From: Myxococcales bacterium
GTDB taxonomy: Bacteria; Myxococcota_A; UBA9042
Assembly (NCBI GenBank): GCA_037441385.1
Contig: JBBISH010000006.1
Location: forward strand, 45,308-109,307
DNA: 64,000 nucleotides
Direction: 5' to 3'
The stretch's first letter is position 1; every line of letters begins with the position of its first letter. Position numbers and translations under genes: made by a program. Below are positions 8,668 to 18,449 of this stretch, piece by piece. The notes below the pieces were generated by a model, which searched no databases, was not told where the DNA came from, and saw only the letters and a list, made by a program, of their open reading frames with translations.

Positions 8668-11337
8668 TCACTCTTGTGGGGCGGGCGCAGGTTCCGCAGG
8701 CGCTGCCGCTGGTTCGGCGTACCAGGTCTGGGCGGCGGCGATCACCTTGGCCAGCCCGACCGGATCGGCCTTGCTGATCGTCTTCAGATCCTCGATCTCG
8801 CGGATGAGCTCGGCCTTCTCTTTGCGATCCAGGCGCACGGCCTCCCAGCCCTCGTGAATGGCTTGATCGAACTTGCCATTGGCCGCCAGGACCACGGAGT
8901 AGGCGCGCTTGAGGTCGGCGTGATCGGTGCCCGCCAGCTCGGCGGCGCTCTGGGCCCAGGGCAACGCCTTGTCGAACTGCCCCAACTTGCGCAGGCCGTC
9001 CGAAATTTCCGCAGCCCGCTCGCGGCGTTCCTTGCGCTTGGCCTCTTCGCCGCGGCCGTCGTTGGGGATGCCCAGCGCGTCCAAGATCTGCAGCCACTCG
9101 GTGTACTCCTTCCACTTTTGCAGCTTCTTGGCCGACTTGATGCCGTGGTTCAGCGAGGTCTTGTAGGCGCCGACCAACTGCCCGCCGTCGTCGCTGGGCC
9201 AATTGCCCGAGGCGCGGTAGGCCTGGTACCCCGGCACTTGCTTAGCCACCAGTTCCAGCACCTTGGCCTCGCCGTCGTGGGCCATCAGGTGTCCCAGCCG
9301 CACGTTCAAGGCGATCAGTTCGTCGGGCTTGAGCTCCAGCGACCGGTCCACTGCCTCGTCCATGTTCTTGGTGTCGCCGATGCGCGCCGAGAACATCGCG
9401 ACATTCACCCAGGCATTCAACAGGTTGGGATACAGCGCCAGCGAGCGGTGCAGGCTGTCGATCGCCTCCTTGGTGCGGCCCAGCGAATTGAGGCACAGCG
9501 CCTCGATGAAGTGGTTCTGGAAGTCGTCGGGATTGAGGGCGATCGCCTTGCGGATCTCGATCAACCCTTCGCCAGCGCGACCGGGCTGCTTCTGCAGGTT
9601 GCGGGCGTCGGTAAAGCCGTGCTCGGCGATCATCCAGCGCTCGTGCAGCCCCACATAGCCGCCAAACCCTTGCAGATACACCATGGTGAACAAGGCCGCG
9701 CCGATGAGCCCACTCGACTGGGCGCTGGTCCAGCGGCGCTGCGCGTCCGGCTCCTTGGGGCTCAGCAGGCCGTCGGCCGCGGCGATGATGCCCAGCTGCA
9801 CACAGAACAAGAACGTGGGCATCGGCAGCTGCAGCGGGAACGAGGCCATCGCGTCGCCGCAGATCCCCACGATGCCCATCAGCGAGCCGATCGCCGCAAA
9901 GGCGAGCGTCGCCGCGCCGCCCGGATCGTCTTGATTGTTCGAGGCCTTGCGCACCACCCGCAGCGTGGTCCAGGTCGCCAGACCCAGCAGCGCCAGCAGC
10001 GCCAGCAAGCCCTGGAAGCCGTACTCCGAGCCAAACATCAAGAAGTCGTTGTGGGCGCGGATCGGCTGCTTGGCGATGGTGAACATCTCGTTCTTTTCGC
10101 GCTGCAGCAGGTAAGTGGGGAACAGCACGCGCCAATTGCCGGCGCCGCCGCCCAGGGGCTCGTGCTTCATCGCGTTCCACGACGCGGCCAACATCGAGCC
10201 GCGCCAGCGGTAGGCGCTGGACTCGAAGTCAAAGAACGACTTGAGCAATTCGGGCACCGACTTGGTGCGCTTTTGATCGCCTTCTTCCACGCGCTCGGCG
10301 GCCGGCTTCTTGGCGTCGGCGATCGCGGCGATCCCGCCGTTCAGCGCCACCACCAGGGCGATCGGCACCATCACCGCCTTGGCCGAGCGCCCGAACAGGC
10401 CGATCGGCGCGCGCGCCGGGGGCGTCTCGCCCAATTCGCCACTCGTGGTCTGCTTGGCGTCGCGCTTGGCCCACAGCACGCCGGTCAGCCACAGCGCCGC
10501 GGCCACCCCGATGCCGGCGATCGCCCCGGCCCAAGCCGAGCGCGTCACCGTGAGCATCAGGTAATACAGAAGCAGATCCAGGGTGATCGACATCGAGACC
10601 ATCAGCAGCAGCCCGGTCAGGCGCTTGCCGTGGGCAAAGGCGCGCAGGCCAACGGCCATGCCGACGTAGGCAAACGGCACCACCGCGACCACGACCTCGG
10701 CCGCCATGTTGCGGTTGCCAAAGGTCGAGCCCGGTTTGCTGATGATTGTCCAACGTTTTTCGGGCAGCAGGCTGGCGATGCTGTGCTGCTCGCCGATGCC
10801 GATCAGCGCCACGATCAGGCCGCCGATGAGCAGGCCGCCGATCAGGTACGCCAAGTGCCGTGGTCGCCGCACGCCTACCACCGTCACCCAAAACACCGCC
10901 GCCGCGGCCAGCCAGCGGTGCACGTCGTAGCGCGCAAAAATCGACAGGATGCCGCCGGTGTGCGACGGCGCCAGCGCCAGCGAGAACAAGATCGACGCGA
11001 TCAGCGCGAAGCCGGCCCACACCATCGGCGTGATCCGGAAGCGCAGTGGCCGCCCCATCGCCGCCAGCACGCCGGCCAGACCGACCAGCAAGGTGGCGCC
11101 GGTAGCCAAGTACAACTGCTTGGGAAGCTGGAATAAATCGCGGATGCCCGGCTCGACGGCTCGCGCCATGACCATCGCCAGCAGGCCGATTCCCAGGGGC
11201 AACAGGTCGTCCAGGGGCGAGTCGTCGCTCGCCTCGTGATCCGCGCCCGCGCGCGGCTTGGCTTGCGCCGGGGCGGCCGTATCGGGCGCAGCGTCGGCAC
11301 GGATCACTTCAATTTGCTTGCGATTCTTCTTGGACAC
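8668..11337 (-). CDS. O-antigen ligase/oligosaccharyltransferase-like membrane protein with C-terminal TPRs
   Basis: Many TM helices; STFGNRN, LTVTRSAW, PLGGGAGNW, RAHNDFL..E.G..G Wzy_C motifs; TPR-like helices (ALNPDDFQNH, ALYPNLLNAW). GTG start at 11337 inferred. Confidence 0.85.
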   Translation of the reverse strand: MSKKNRKQIEVIRADAAPDTAAPAQAKPRAGADHEASDDSPLDDLLPLGIGLLAMVMARAVEPGIRDLFQLPKQLYLATGATLLVGLAGVLAAMGRPLRFRITPMVWAGFALIASILFSLALAPSHTGGILSIFARYDVHRWLAAAAVFWVTVVGVRRPRHLAYLIGGLLIGGLIVALIGIGEQHSIASLLPEKRWTIISKPGSTFGNRNMAAEVVVAVVPFAYVGMAVGLRAFAHGKRLTGLLLMVSMSITLDLLLYYLMLTVTRSAWAGAIAGIGVAAALWLTGVLWAKRDAKQTTSGELGETPPARAPIGLFGRSAKAVMVPIALVVALNGGIAAIADAKKPAAERVEEGDQKRTKSVPELLKSFFDFESSAYRWRGSMLAASWNAMKHEPLGGGAGNWRVLFPTYLLQREKNEMFTIAKQPIRAHNDFLMFGSEYGFQGLLALLALLGLATWTTLRVVRKASNNQDDPGGAATLAFAAIGSLMGIVGICGDAMASFPLQLPMPTFLFCVQLGIIAAADGLLSPKEPDAQRRWTSAQSSGLIGAALFTMVYLQGFGGYVGLHERWMIAEHGFTDARNLQKQPGRAGEGLIEIRKAIALNPDDFQNHFIEALCLNSLGRTKEAIDSLHRSLALYPNLLNAWVNVAMFSARIGDTKNMDEAVDRSLELKPDELIALNVRLGHLMAHDGEAKVLELVAKQVPGYQAYRASGNWPSDDGGQLVGAYKTSLNHGIKSAKKLQKWKEYTEWLQILDALGIPNDGRGEEAKRKERRERAAEISDGLRKLGQFDKALPWAQSAAELAGTDHADLKRAYSVVLAANGKFDQAIHEGWEAVRLDRKEKAELIREIEDLKTISKADPVGLAKVIAAAQTWYAEPAAAPAEPAPAPQE

Positions 11338-11602
11338 CCCTGCCTCCGACGCCCGTAGCGGGCGGTAGCCCGCCGCAAAAAACGGGCAAGAGTATAGATC
11401 ATTTTCGCCGCCGTGTAGATCGCCGCCGACGTTCTGATGTGGGCGCTGCAAAATTGCAGAGTTAGGTCCTGCCGGCCAACTATTTTTGCGGCAGACGAAA
11501 AAAGTTGCGCCGGAGCCGCGGCAAAAGTCGCGCTCGCATCGATCAACAAGATGACGCGGACGAACCGCGCGCCACCACCCCAAGCCCCGCAGGAGCCCAA
11601 CC

Positions 11603-11986
11603 ATGCTTTTGACGACCCCGACCGCGACCTTGGCCCCCGACCTGGACCCCAGTGTGGAGTTGCACTTGGACCATGCCGCAGACCCGCACCACTGGCACTG
11701 CGCGCCGCCGCAACTGCATCGCGAATTGGATCGCTTGGAGCACCTGCTGGTCGTGGCCCGCCAGCACCCGCGGTTGTGGCAGCAAGCGATTGCGGGGCGG
11801 GAACAGCCGCTCGCCCTGTGGCTGTTCGGCGTGGCGCTGGGCGTGGCGCAGTGGGGTTGCGGCGATACCGCGTTGCTGCTGCTAGAGGCGCTGCCGGGAG
11901 TGCCCGGCGCGGCCGGCGGTCGCGGCGAACTACTGCGCGAAATCCTGGATTGCGACAATACTTGTGCGGAATTGCGGGCAGCTTAG
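11603..11986 (+). CDS. Hypothetical protein
   Basis: AGGAG RBS upstream, 127 aa, same strand as the downstream activator. Confidence 0.55.
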   Translation: MLLTTPTATLAPDLDPSVELHLDHAADPHHWHCAPPQLHRELDRLEHLLVVARQHPRLWQQAIAGREQPLALWLFGVALGVAQWGCGDTALLLLEALPGVPGAAGGRGELLREILDCDNTCAELRAA

Positions 11987-12100
11987 GCCGGCCTTGGTCC
12001 GGCCGGGAAGCGAACACCGGCCCTCTTTGCTTGCGGCGTAGGCAAGCACTCCAGACTCCCTCCCTGCGGGCGGCGCCGCCCGCCCTTGCTCAAGGAAGCC

Positions 12101-13342
12101 ATGAACATGCAAACGAATCATTCGGGTTTTGCCGTCTTGCTGCCCACGGCCCAAGGCTGGCGGGCCGTGCCCGTGGCTCAAAAGCTGGTGGTGGGCTCGG
12201 CTTGCGTGCCCGGCTTGGTCGACGTGGCGGAGGTCGCCCCGCAACACTGTGTTTTTGAAGCCATCGGCGCCAAGCTGCTGGTGCGCGACGCCGGACCGGG
12301 CACCACTCGTGTCGACGATGTCGACGCCAGCTGCCGGGCCGTGCCCGTCCAAGCCGGCGCGGTGGTTCGCCTGGGCCGGGTACCCCTGGTAGTGGTCCAG
12401 CAACGCCGCGACCCCAACGGGTGGTGGTGCGGTGTCGGCGACCTGGGCTCGTGGTCGGCCAGCATGTGGCCCGTTCTGGCCCAACTGGCGCTGCTGGCGC
12501 CCGCGACGTGTCCGGTCCTCCTGCGCGGCGAGACGGGCACCGGCAAGGAAGTTGCCGCGCGGGCGTTGCACCAGCTTTCGGCGCGCGCCCATCGGCCGCT
12601 GGTGGCCGTCAACTGTGGAGCCTTGCACGGGGATTTGCTGCTGGCCGAGCTGTTCGGCGCCGAGCGTGGCGCCTACACCGGCTGCACAGAGCGGCGCAAA
12701 GGGGCCTTTGAGCGCGCCGACGGCGGGACACTGTTCCTGGACGAATTGGGCGAGTTGCCGGCCACGGCCCAGGCGGCGCTGCTGCGCGCGCTGGAATCGG
12801 GCGAGATCCAGGTCCTGGGCGGGGCGACGCGCAAGGTCGACGTCCGGCTGATTTGCGCCACCCACCGCGACCTGCCGGCGCTGGTTGCTATGCAACGTTT
12901 CCGCCTGGACCTGCTGCACCGCATCCACGTGGCCGAGCTGGCGCTGCCGGCGCTGCGCGATCGCCGCAACGACGTGGCCGGTCTGGCGCACCTCTGGTGG
13001 CCCGACGCGGAGTTGAGCGAGGCGCTGCTCGCCGCCCTGGCCGGCTACGCATTTCCGGGCAATCTCAGGGAATTGCGCAACGTCCTGCAGCGCTTGCAGC
13101 TGGTGGCGCGCTTTGGCGTGCCCGACCTGGGCGACTTGGCCACGGTCCTCGGCCCGGCGCGGCTGGGTGGCCCGGGGCGCGATGCGGCGGGTCAGACCTC
13201 GGCGCTGTTGGCCAGCCCCGGCGAGCTCGACTTCGAGCAACTGCGCGCCGCGGGGTTGTCGGCGCAGCAGGTGTGGCGGGCCAGTGGGCTGCCGCGCGCG
13301 ACGTTTTACCGACGTTGGCGGCAGGCCAAGCAGGCTGCGTGA
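12101..13342 (+). CDS. Sigma-54-type AAA+ enhancer-binding protein with N-terminal FHA-like region
   Basis: Walker A GETGTGKE, ELFG..RGAYTGC, GGTLFLDE, RLICATHRDL, FPGNLRELRN; C-terminal HTH (GLPRATFYRR). Confidence 0.9.
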   Translation: MNMQTNHSGFAVLLPTAQGWRAVPVAQKLVVGSACVPGLVDVAEVAPQHCVFEAIGAKLLVRDAGPGTTRVDDVDASCRAVPVQAGAVVRLGRVPLVVVQQRRDPNGWWCGVGDLGSWSASMWPVLAQLALLAPATCPVLLRGETGTGKEVAARALHQLSARAHRPLVAVNCGALHGDLLLAELFGAERGAYTGCTERRKGAFERADGGTLFLDELGELPATAQAALLRALESGEIQVLGGATRKVDVRLICATHRDLPALVAMQRFRLDLLHRIHVAELALPALRDRRNDVAGLAHLWWPDAELSEALLAALAGYAFPGNLRELRNVLQRLQLVARFGVPDLGDLATVLGPARLGGPGRDAAGQTSALLASPGELDFEQLRAAGLSAQQVWRASGLPRATFYRRWRQAKQAA

Positions 13343-13471
13343 TGAGCGCCAGGCGATGCCCCGGTTGGGCTTGGATTGGCGGCCAATTCGGGTTGCGCGG
13401 GCGATTTTGTTGACAGGCGCCGTGATCGGCCTTCCTCTAACCGCAGCGCCGGTGCGCGCTGAACTGAGTTC

Positions 13472-14164
13472 ATGCCGATGTTCCCCTCTTGCCGTCTTGG
13501 TCCTTTTGCGGTCGTTCTGGCCGTCGCCGCGGGGCTGGCGCTTGAAGCACAAGCCGCTGAGCCGTCCGTATGGGGGGCAACGCCGCTGGATCAGGGGCAA
13601 TGGGGCGTGTGGGGCACGCTCGGCGCTCCCGATGTCGAGGGCGGCGCGCGTTTTGGTCTGTCCAGCGTCGCCGACGTGGGGGCTCGCCTGCGCTTGTCGG
13701 GCGGGACGGGCGCGACCATGGGCGGCTTTGGCGTGACCATGAGCGGACTTACGCGGCTGCGGCTAGCGCGGCTGGGCGATTGGGAGGTGGCGCTGCAGGC
13801 CGAGCCGGGCCTCAACATCCACGGCTCGGCGCAGCATTGGGCGCCCCTGGTCAAAGCCAAGGCCGACAAAGCGGCCAATCTTGTCGCTTTGGATCTTGGT
13901 CTGCCTGCCGTGACGGCCTCGACCTGGCTCACCCCTTCGCTGCTGCTGGCCGTGGGGCTGGCCGCGCCGCTGCGCGTCTACGTGTTGCCCGAGGCCACGT
14001 TGGAGGTGCCGGTGCTGCTGCAGGTGGCGACCGAGGCGAAGGTCTCTGGCCATTGGTCGGCCCTGGCCGGCGGCGAATTGGGCGGCAATTTCTATGGTCC
14101 CGGCGCGGGCGCGGCGACCGCCGACTGGTCGTGGCGGCTGCGCTTGGGGCTGGGCTGGCGCTGA
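13472..14164 (+). CDS. Hypothetical secreted/outer-membrane beta-barrel protein
   Basis: Signal peptide (AQA), beta-strand pattern, ends RLGLGWR. Confidence 0.6.
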   Translation: MPMFPSCRLGPFAVVLAVAAGLALEAQAAEPSVWGATPLDQGQWGVWGTLGAPDVEGGARFGLSSVADVGARLRLSGGTGATMGGFGVTMSGLTRLRLARLGDWEVALQAEPGLNIHGSAQHWAPLVKAKADKAANLVALDLGLPAVTASTWLTPSLLLAVGLAAPLRVYVLPEATLEVPVLLQVATEAKVSGHWSALAGGELGGNFYGPGAGAATADWSWRLRLGLGWR

Positions 14165-14203
14165 CCGCAAGCTGGCGGGCAGGCGCAAAACGTGCGGCGC
14201 GGC

Positions 14204-14231
14204 TTGACTTTTTGACCCAGGATGGTAGAAC
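14204..14231 (+). promoter_or_regulatory. Putative sigma-70 promoter for the GT39 gene
   Basis: TTGACT-16 nt-TAGAAC with extended TG. Confidence 0.4.
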
Positions 14232-14255
14232 GCCGCGGCTTTTGGGTACCGCGCC

Positions 14256-16895
14256 ATGACCGACACTTCGCTCCCTCCCGATCCCAACGCTGAGTCCGAT
14301 GTGGCCAATCTGGCTACAGAATCGGCCGACGCCCCCCTGGACTCCGCTGCTCTGGCCGCCGGGGATCCCGCCCCTGTGGCGCTGGGCGAGCTGCCGAGCG
14401 TGGCGACCAGTGGTGGGGCCAGTAAGTCCGGGTATGTCATGGCGATCTTGGCCGACGCCCTGAGCGTGCCCGCCTTTGCGCCGGACTCCCCTGGCCAGAA
14501 GAGCCGCGACCGCCTGTGGCGCTGGGGCACGATCTTTGCCGTCTTTGCCCTGTATCTGCTGAACGCGGGCAGCTTTGGCCTGTGGGATCCATGGGAAACC
14601 CACTACGGCGAAGTGACCCGAAACATGGTCGAGACCTTTGACTGGGTCAACCCATGGTGGGGCTACCAGCGCAAGATCGGCAGCGAGCCCATCGGCGGCG
14701 AGTGGTTCTACAGCAAGCCGATCTACATTTTTTGGGCCGAGTGCACCTTCATCAAGCTGATCGGCCTGACGGACTGGGCCTTCCGCTTGCCGCAAGCCCT
14801 GCTGGGCGCCAGCGCGGCCGCATCCGTCCACCTGGGCGTCGAGCGCATTGCCAGTCGTCGCCTGGCCTTCTGGTCCACGACCGTGCTGGCGCTGTCGCCC
14901 TTCTTCTACATGGTGGCCCGCCAGGCCCAGACGGACATGCCGTTCGTCGCCACGCTGACCATCGGCCTCATGCTGCTGCTGACCGCCATGCTCGGCCGCC
15001 GCCAGGTGCTGACTGCGCGCGGTTTTGCCTTTGCCACCGCGGGGTTCGTGGGGTTCATGCTGCTGAACCTGCTGCCGCAGTTCGCCATCATCGCCACCGA
15101 CCTGTACGACGGCAACACGCAGGACCTGGGCTCGACGATTCAGCAAAACGGCGTCTGGCATGTGGCGCTGTTCTATGCCCCGGCCACCGTGGCGATCCTG
15201 GCGTCGGTGCTGCTGCCCGTGTTCCGCCAGCGCAAGACCGAAGCGGGTTGGAGCGACCCAGCCTTTGTCGATCGCTGGTTCCGCCGCTACCTGCTGCTTT
15301 CTGGCTACATGCTGCTGGCGCAGTCGACCTACGCCAAGGGTTTGCTGGGCTTTATGTTGCCCGGCGCCATCCTGCTGTTCTTTGTCATCGCGACCAAGCA
15401 GTGGCGCCTGTTCAAGGTGCTGGAGCTGGCGCGCGGCGTGCCGCTGTTCTTTGTCACCGTGCTGCCCTGGTACGTGGCGATGTTCTGCCGGCACGGCATG
15501 CCCTACTACCAGCGCTTCTTCATCCACGACCACTTCAACCGCGTGGGCGCGGGCGTGCATCAGATCGACACGGGAACCTTTGAATACTTTGTCGAGTGGC
15601 TGGGTTACGGCCTGTGGCCCTGGTCGGCCTTTGCGCCCTTGGCGGTGGTGGCCGTGCTGGCCTACGCGCGCCGCGACGACGACGACCGCCAGCCCAACGC
15701 CGATGCCCTGGAGCTGTCCGAGGCGGCGGCCCGCTTTGACCGCGCCGCGCTGCGCGACTTCCAAGTGTTCGCCCTGCTGTGGTTCCTGGTGTCGTTCATC
15801 GTCTTTACCCTGAGTTCCACGCGGTTCCACCACTACATCCTGCCCGGTGTTCCGCCGCTCGCGGCCATCACCGCGATCTTCTTGGCCAACCTGGCGCAGG
15901 ATCGCCGGCCGCAGGCGCGGCTGTCGGTGGTGCTGGGTCTGGGGTTCCTGGCGCTGCTGACCGTTGGCGTCATGAGCGAATTCCAGAACTTGCGCAGTCT
16001 GTTCACCTACAAGTACGACCGCCCCATGCCCGAGAACATGCCGTTTGACTGGGGCGCGACGGTGACCTGGGCCTCGGACGGTGCGCCGCTGCAGCGCTGG
16101 GCCGAACAGCCCTTTGGTCGCCACGTTGGGCCGATGGTCGCCAACATCTTGGCCATCCAATGGTTCCGCTTCGAGACCTTCTGGAAGATCGCGGGCGGTC
16201 TGGCCGGTCTTGGCATGGTCGCCATGCTTGCCGGTCGGCTGCGGCGTCTGGGCCTTGGCCTGGTCACGGCGGCGGCGGCCCTGGCGGCGTTTTGGGCGCT
16301 GAACTACTACATGCCCAGCTTGGCGCCGCACTGGTCGCAGAAGTACCTGTTCGAAAAGTACTACGAAGACTGCCACTTGCACCCCAATCCGCAGCTCGTC
16401 CAAGAGGCGTTTACGCCGCTGGTCCGGCGCGCCGGTCTCGGGTTCGTGGCCGACTTCTTCGACGCCAAGCCCAAGCGCGTCTGCACGGAAGACATCGTCA
16501 GCTGGCTGATCACTTGGCGCGGCGAGACCTATTACTCGAACAACGAGATCCGGCCACTGAACAAGGCCACCCAGCTCGGGCCGTACCTGCAAGAGATGAA
16601 CCGGGGCAAGACCTTCTATGCCTTGGCCGAGCGAGGTCGCACCCAGGCGTTCGAGAGCAAGGTCAAGAGCGAAAGCAAGAAGCTCCGCGACGACGGCGTC
16701 GCCGGGTTTACCGAGATCAAGGACTGGAATTGCGACGTGATGTCGAACGACTCGGCCTACTTCGTCCTGATCAAGTGCGTCCCCTTGCAGGGCGATGCCG
16801 CCGCGCGTCCCGGCCGCCCCGAGGGGCAGCGCCCGCCGCGACCGGCCACGCCACCGCCCGCCGAAGCGCCCAGCTCGCCCAATCCCAGCTTCTGA
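14256..16895 (+). CDS. GT-C glycosyltransferase, family 39/ArnT-PMT-like
   Basis: LWDPWETHYGEV, YSKPIYIFW, FRLPQAL, ARQAQTDMPF, AKG..G, LPWY..M, HHYILP; about 13 TM helices. Confidence 0.9.
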   Translation: MTDTSLPPDPNAESDVANLATESADAPLDSAALAAGDPAPVALGELPSVATSGGASKSGYVMAILADALSVPAFAPDSPGQKSRDRLWRWGTIFAVFALYLLNAGSFGLWDPWETHYGEVTRNMVETFDWVNPWWGYQRKIGSEPIGGEWFYSKPIYIFWAECTFIKLIGLTDWAFRLPQALLGASAAASVHLGVERIASRRLAFWSTTVLALSPFFYMVARQAQTDMPFVATLTIGLMLLLTAMLGRRQVLTARGFAFATAGFVGFMLLNLLPQFAIIATDLYDGNTQDLGSTIQQNGVWHVALFYAPATVAILASVLLPVFRQRKTEAGWSDPAFVDRWFRRYLLLSGYMLLAQSTYAKGLLGFMLPGAILLFFVIATKQWRLFKVLELARGVPLFFVTVLPWYVAMFCRHGMPYYQRFFIHDHFNRVGAGVHQIDTGTFEYFVEWLGYGLWPWSAFAPLAVVAVLAYARRDDDDRQPNADALELSEAAARFDRAALRDFQVFALLWFLVSFIVFTLSSTRFHHYILPGVPPLAAITAIFLANLAQDRRPQARLSVVLGLGFLALLTVGVMSEFQNLRSLFTYKYDRPMPENMPFDWGATVTWASDGAPLQRWAEQPFGRHVGPMVANILAIQWFRFETFWKIAGGLAGLGMVAMLAGRLRRLGLGLVTAAAALAAFWALNYYMPSLAPHWSQKYLFEKYYEDCHLHPNPQLVQEAFTPLVRRAGLGFVADFFDAKPKRVCTEDIVSWLITWRGETYYSNNEIRPLNKATQLGPYLQEMNRGKTFYALAERGRTQAFESKVKSESKKLRDDGVAGFTEIKDWNCDVMSNDSAYFVLIKCVPLQGDAAARPGRPEGQRPPRPATPPPAEAPSSPNPSF

Positions 16896-16988
16896 ACGGG
16901 TTGCGCTAGGTGGGGCACGGGTAGATACTCTGCAGCCACAAGGCTCCGCCGCAAGCGACCGAAGCGCGGCCTTGGGAGAAAATACCAA

Positions 16989-17018
16989 GGGGGCGCGCCG
17001 CCCCCTGCGACCCCCGCG
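16989..17018. repeat. 30-bp REP-like GC hairpin, copy 1
   Basis: GGGGGCGCGCCGCCCCCTGCGACCCCCGCG; 29/30 identical to 31396-31425. Confidence 0.8.
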
Positions 17019-17110
17019 CACGGCCGGCTGCACGGCCGCGTAGTCCAACATGCTGCTCGTCATCGATGCCGGCTGCCGGTAGGGCATGTTGAACTGGGAG
17101 AACTTGAGCA

Positions 17111-18436
17111 GTGGCCAAGACCTGCCCAACCTGCCATAGCCACCACAGCGACGAGCTGGAGTTCTGTCCACTCGACGGCGCGCATCTGCAAGTGGCGCCG
17201 CCGGCCATCCATCCGCCGCCTCCGCCCGCCAACCGGGCTCGACGTCCCCCTCCGGGGCAGGCGCCCGCTATGGCGGCGTCTGGCGAAGTGTCGCACGCCC
17301 AAGGCCTGCACCGCCCAACCTTGCTCCACGTGGGCGGAATTCTGCCCGCCAATGCGCCCACGCCGGCCGCGGAACCGATCGCACCCGCCTCGACCTTTGC
17401 CACGGCCCTGTCGCGCGGCCCAATGACCACCGATCAGGCGGTGGCCCGGCTCGAACTCATCGCCAAGCTGGTCAGCGATGCCCGTGCCGATCGCCATGGG
17501 GCGCTGACGCCCTGGCACCTGCAGTTCCTCAGCGCCGATGGCACGGGCCGGCCCAGCCTGGCCGAGCCCAGCGCCGTGACCGATCCTCTGCAGTTGGCAC
17601 TCTACTCGGCCCCTGAACTCCAACAGGCCGCCGGCCAGTACACGCCAGCAACCGAAGTGTACGCGCTGGGTTGCATGCTCTTCGAGGCGATTGCCGGGCG
17701 GGTGCCGTTCCCAGGCGCCAGCCTGGCGGAGGTGCAAAAACGCCATGCCAGTGCCGCGGTTCCGGCGGTGCGCATGGTGCGCCGCGACTGCGACCTGCCG
17801 CCCAGCCTGGAAGTGGAGATCCAGCGCGCCTTGAAGAAGCGGCCGGGCGATCGCCACCCCACCCCGCTCGCTTTTGCCGAAGCGATCCGCAGTGCCAATC
17901 GCGAAGATGACCGCGCGACCATGGCCTTTGACATGAAGAGCCCGGCCGTGCAGCGCGAGATCGCCGCGCGCTTGGCCGCCGCCGAGGCCGCCCGTGCCCC
18001 AGCGGCAGCGAACAGTTCGTCTGCGCCAGCGGTTGCCCCACCACCGGTCGCTGCGCCCGCCCCGCCAAAGAGCAACAAAGCCATGCTGATCCTGGCTCTG
18101 GTCGCCATCGTGGCGTTGGGCGTTGGCGTGGTCGTGCTCATGCAGCGCCAGCCCGAGAAGGTGGTGGTGCCGCAGCCCGTGCTGGTGCCCGTGCCCGTCG
18201 TTGCCGACGTGGTGGCGCCCGCGCCCGATGTCGCCCAACCCGACACGCAAGATACCGTGGATACAGCGGATACCGAAGACAGTCAGGACGCAGAGGACGA
18301 CGCGGCGCCCGACGCTGCGGCCGAAGCGACTCGACCCAAGGCGGGCCACACCCACGCCCCCGTCAAGACCCGCGACACGCCGCCGGACACCAAGACCGAA
18401 GAGCCCAAGAAGGGGAATCACCCCGCGGTGTTCTGA
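17111..18436 (+). CDS. Membrane-anchored Ser/Thr kinase-like protein (probable pseudokinase) with N-terminal Zn-ribbon
   Basis: CPTC..FCPLDG ribbon; C-lobe motifs YSAPE, EVYALGCMLFEAIAGRVPF, KRPGDR; HRDLKP replaced by HGALTP; TM helix then acidic tail. Confidence 0.8.
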   Translation: MAKTCPTCHSHHSDELEFCPLDGAHLQVAPPAIHPPPPPANRARRPPPGQAPAMAASGEVSHAQGLHRPTLLHVGGILPANAPTPAAEPIAPASTFATALSRGPMTTDQAVARLELIAKLVSDARADRHGALTPWHLQFLSADGTGRPSLAEPSAVTDPLQLALYSAPELQQAAGQYTPATEVYALGCMLFEAIAGRVPFPGASLAEVQKRHASAAVPAVRMVRRDCDLPPSLEVEIQRALKKRPGDRHPTPLAFAEAIRSANREDDRATMAFDMKSPAVQREIAARLAAAEAARAPAAANSSSAPAVAPPPVAAPAPPKSNKAMLILALVAIVALGVGVVVLMQRQPEKVVVPQPVLVPVPVVADVVAPAPDVAQPDTQDTVDTADTEDSQDAEDDAAPDAAAEATRPKAGHTHAPVKTRDTPPDTKTEEPKKGNHPAVF

Positions 18437-18449
18437 TCGCCACGCGCGC

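Noticed and set aside
13929..17171. Long antisense and alternative-frame ORFs (also 8674-11136, 31164-33527, 19014-20975, 59192-60670 and many others)
   Set aside because: Shadow ORFs expected in high-GC DNA; they overlap genes with clear family motifs and have Arg/Gly/Ala-rich non-protein-like composition.
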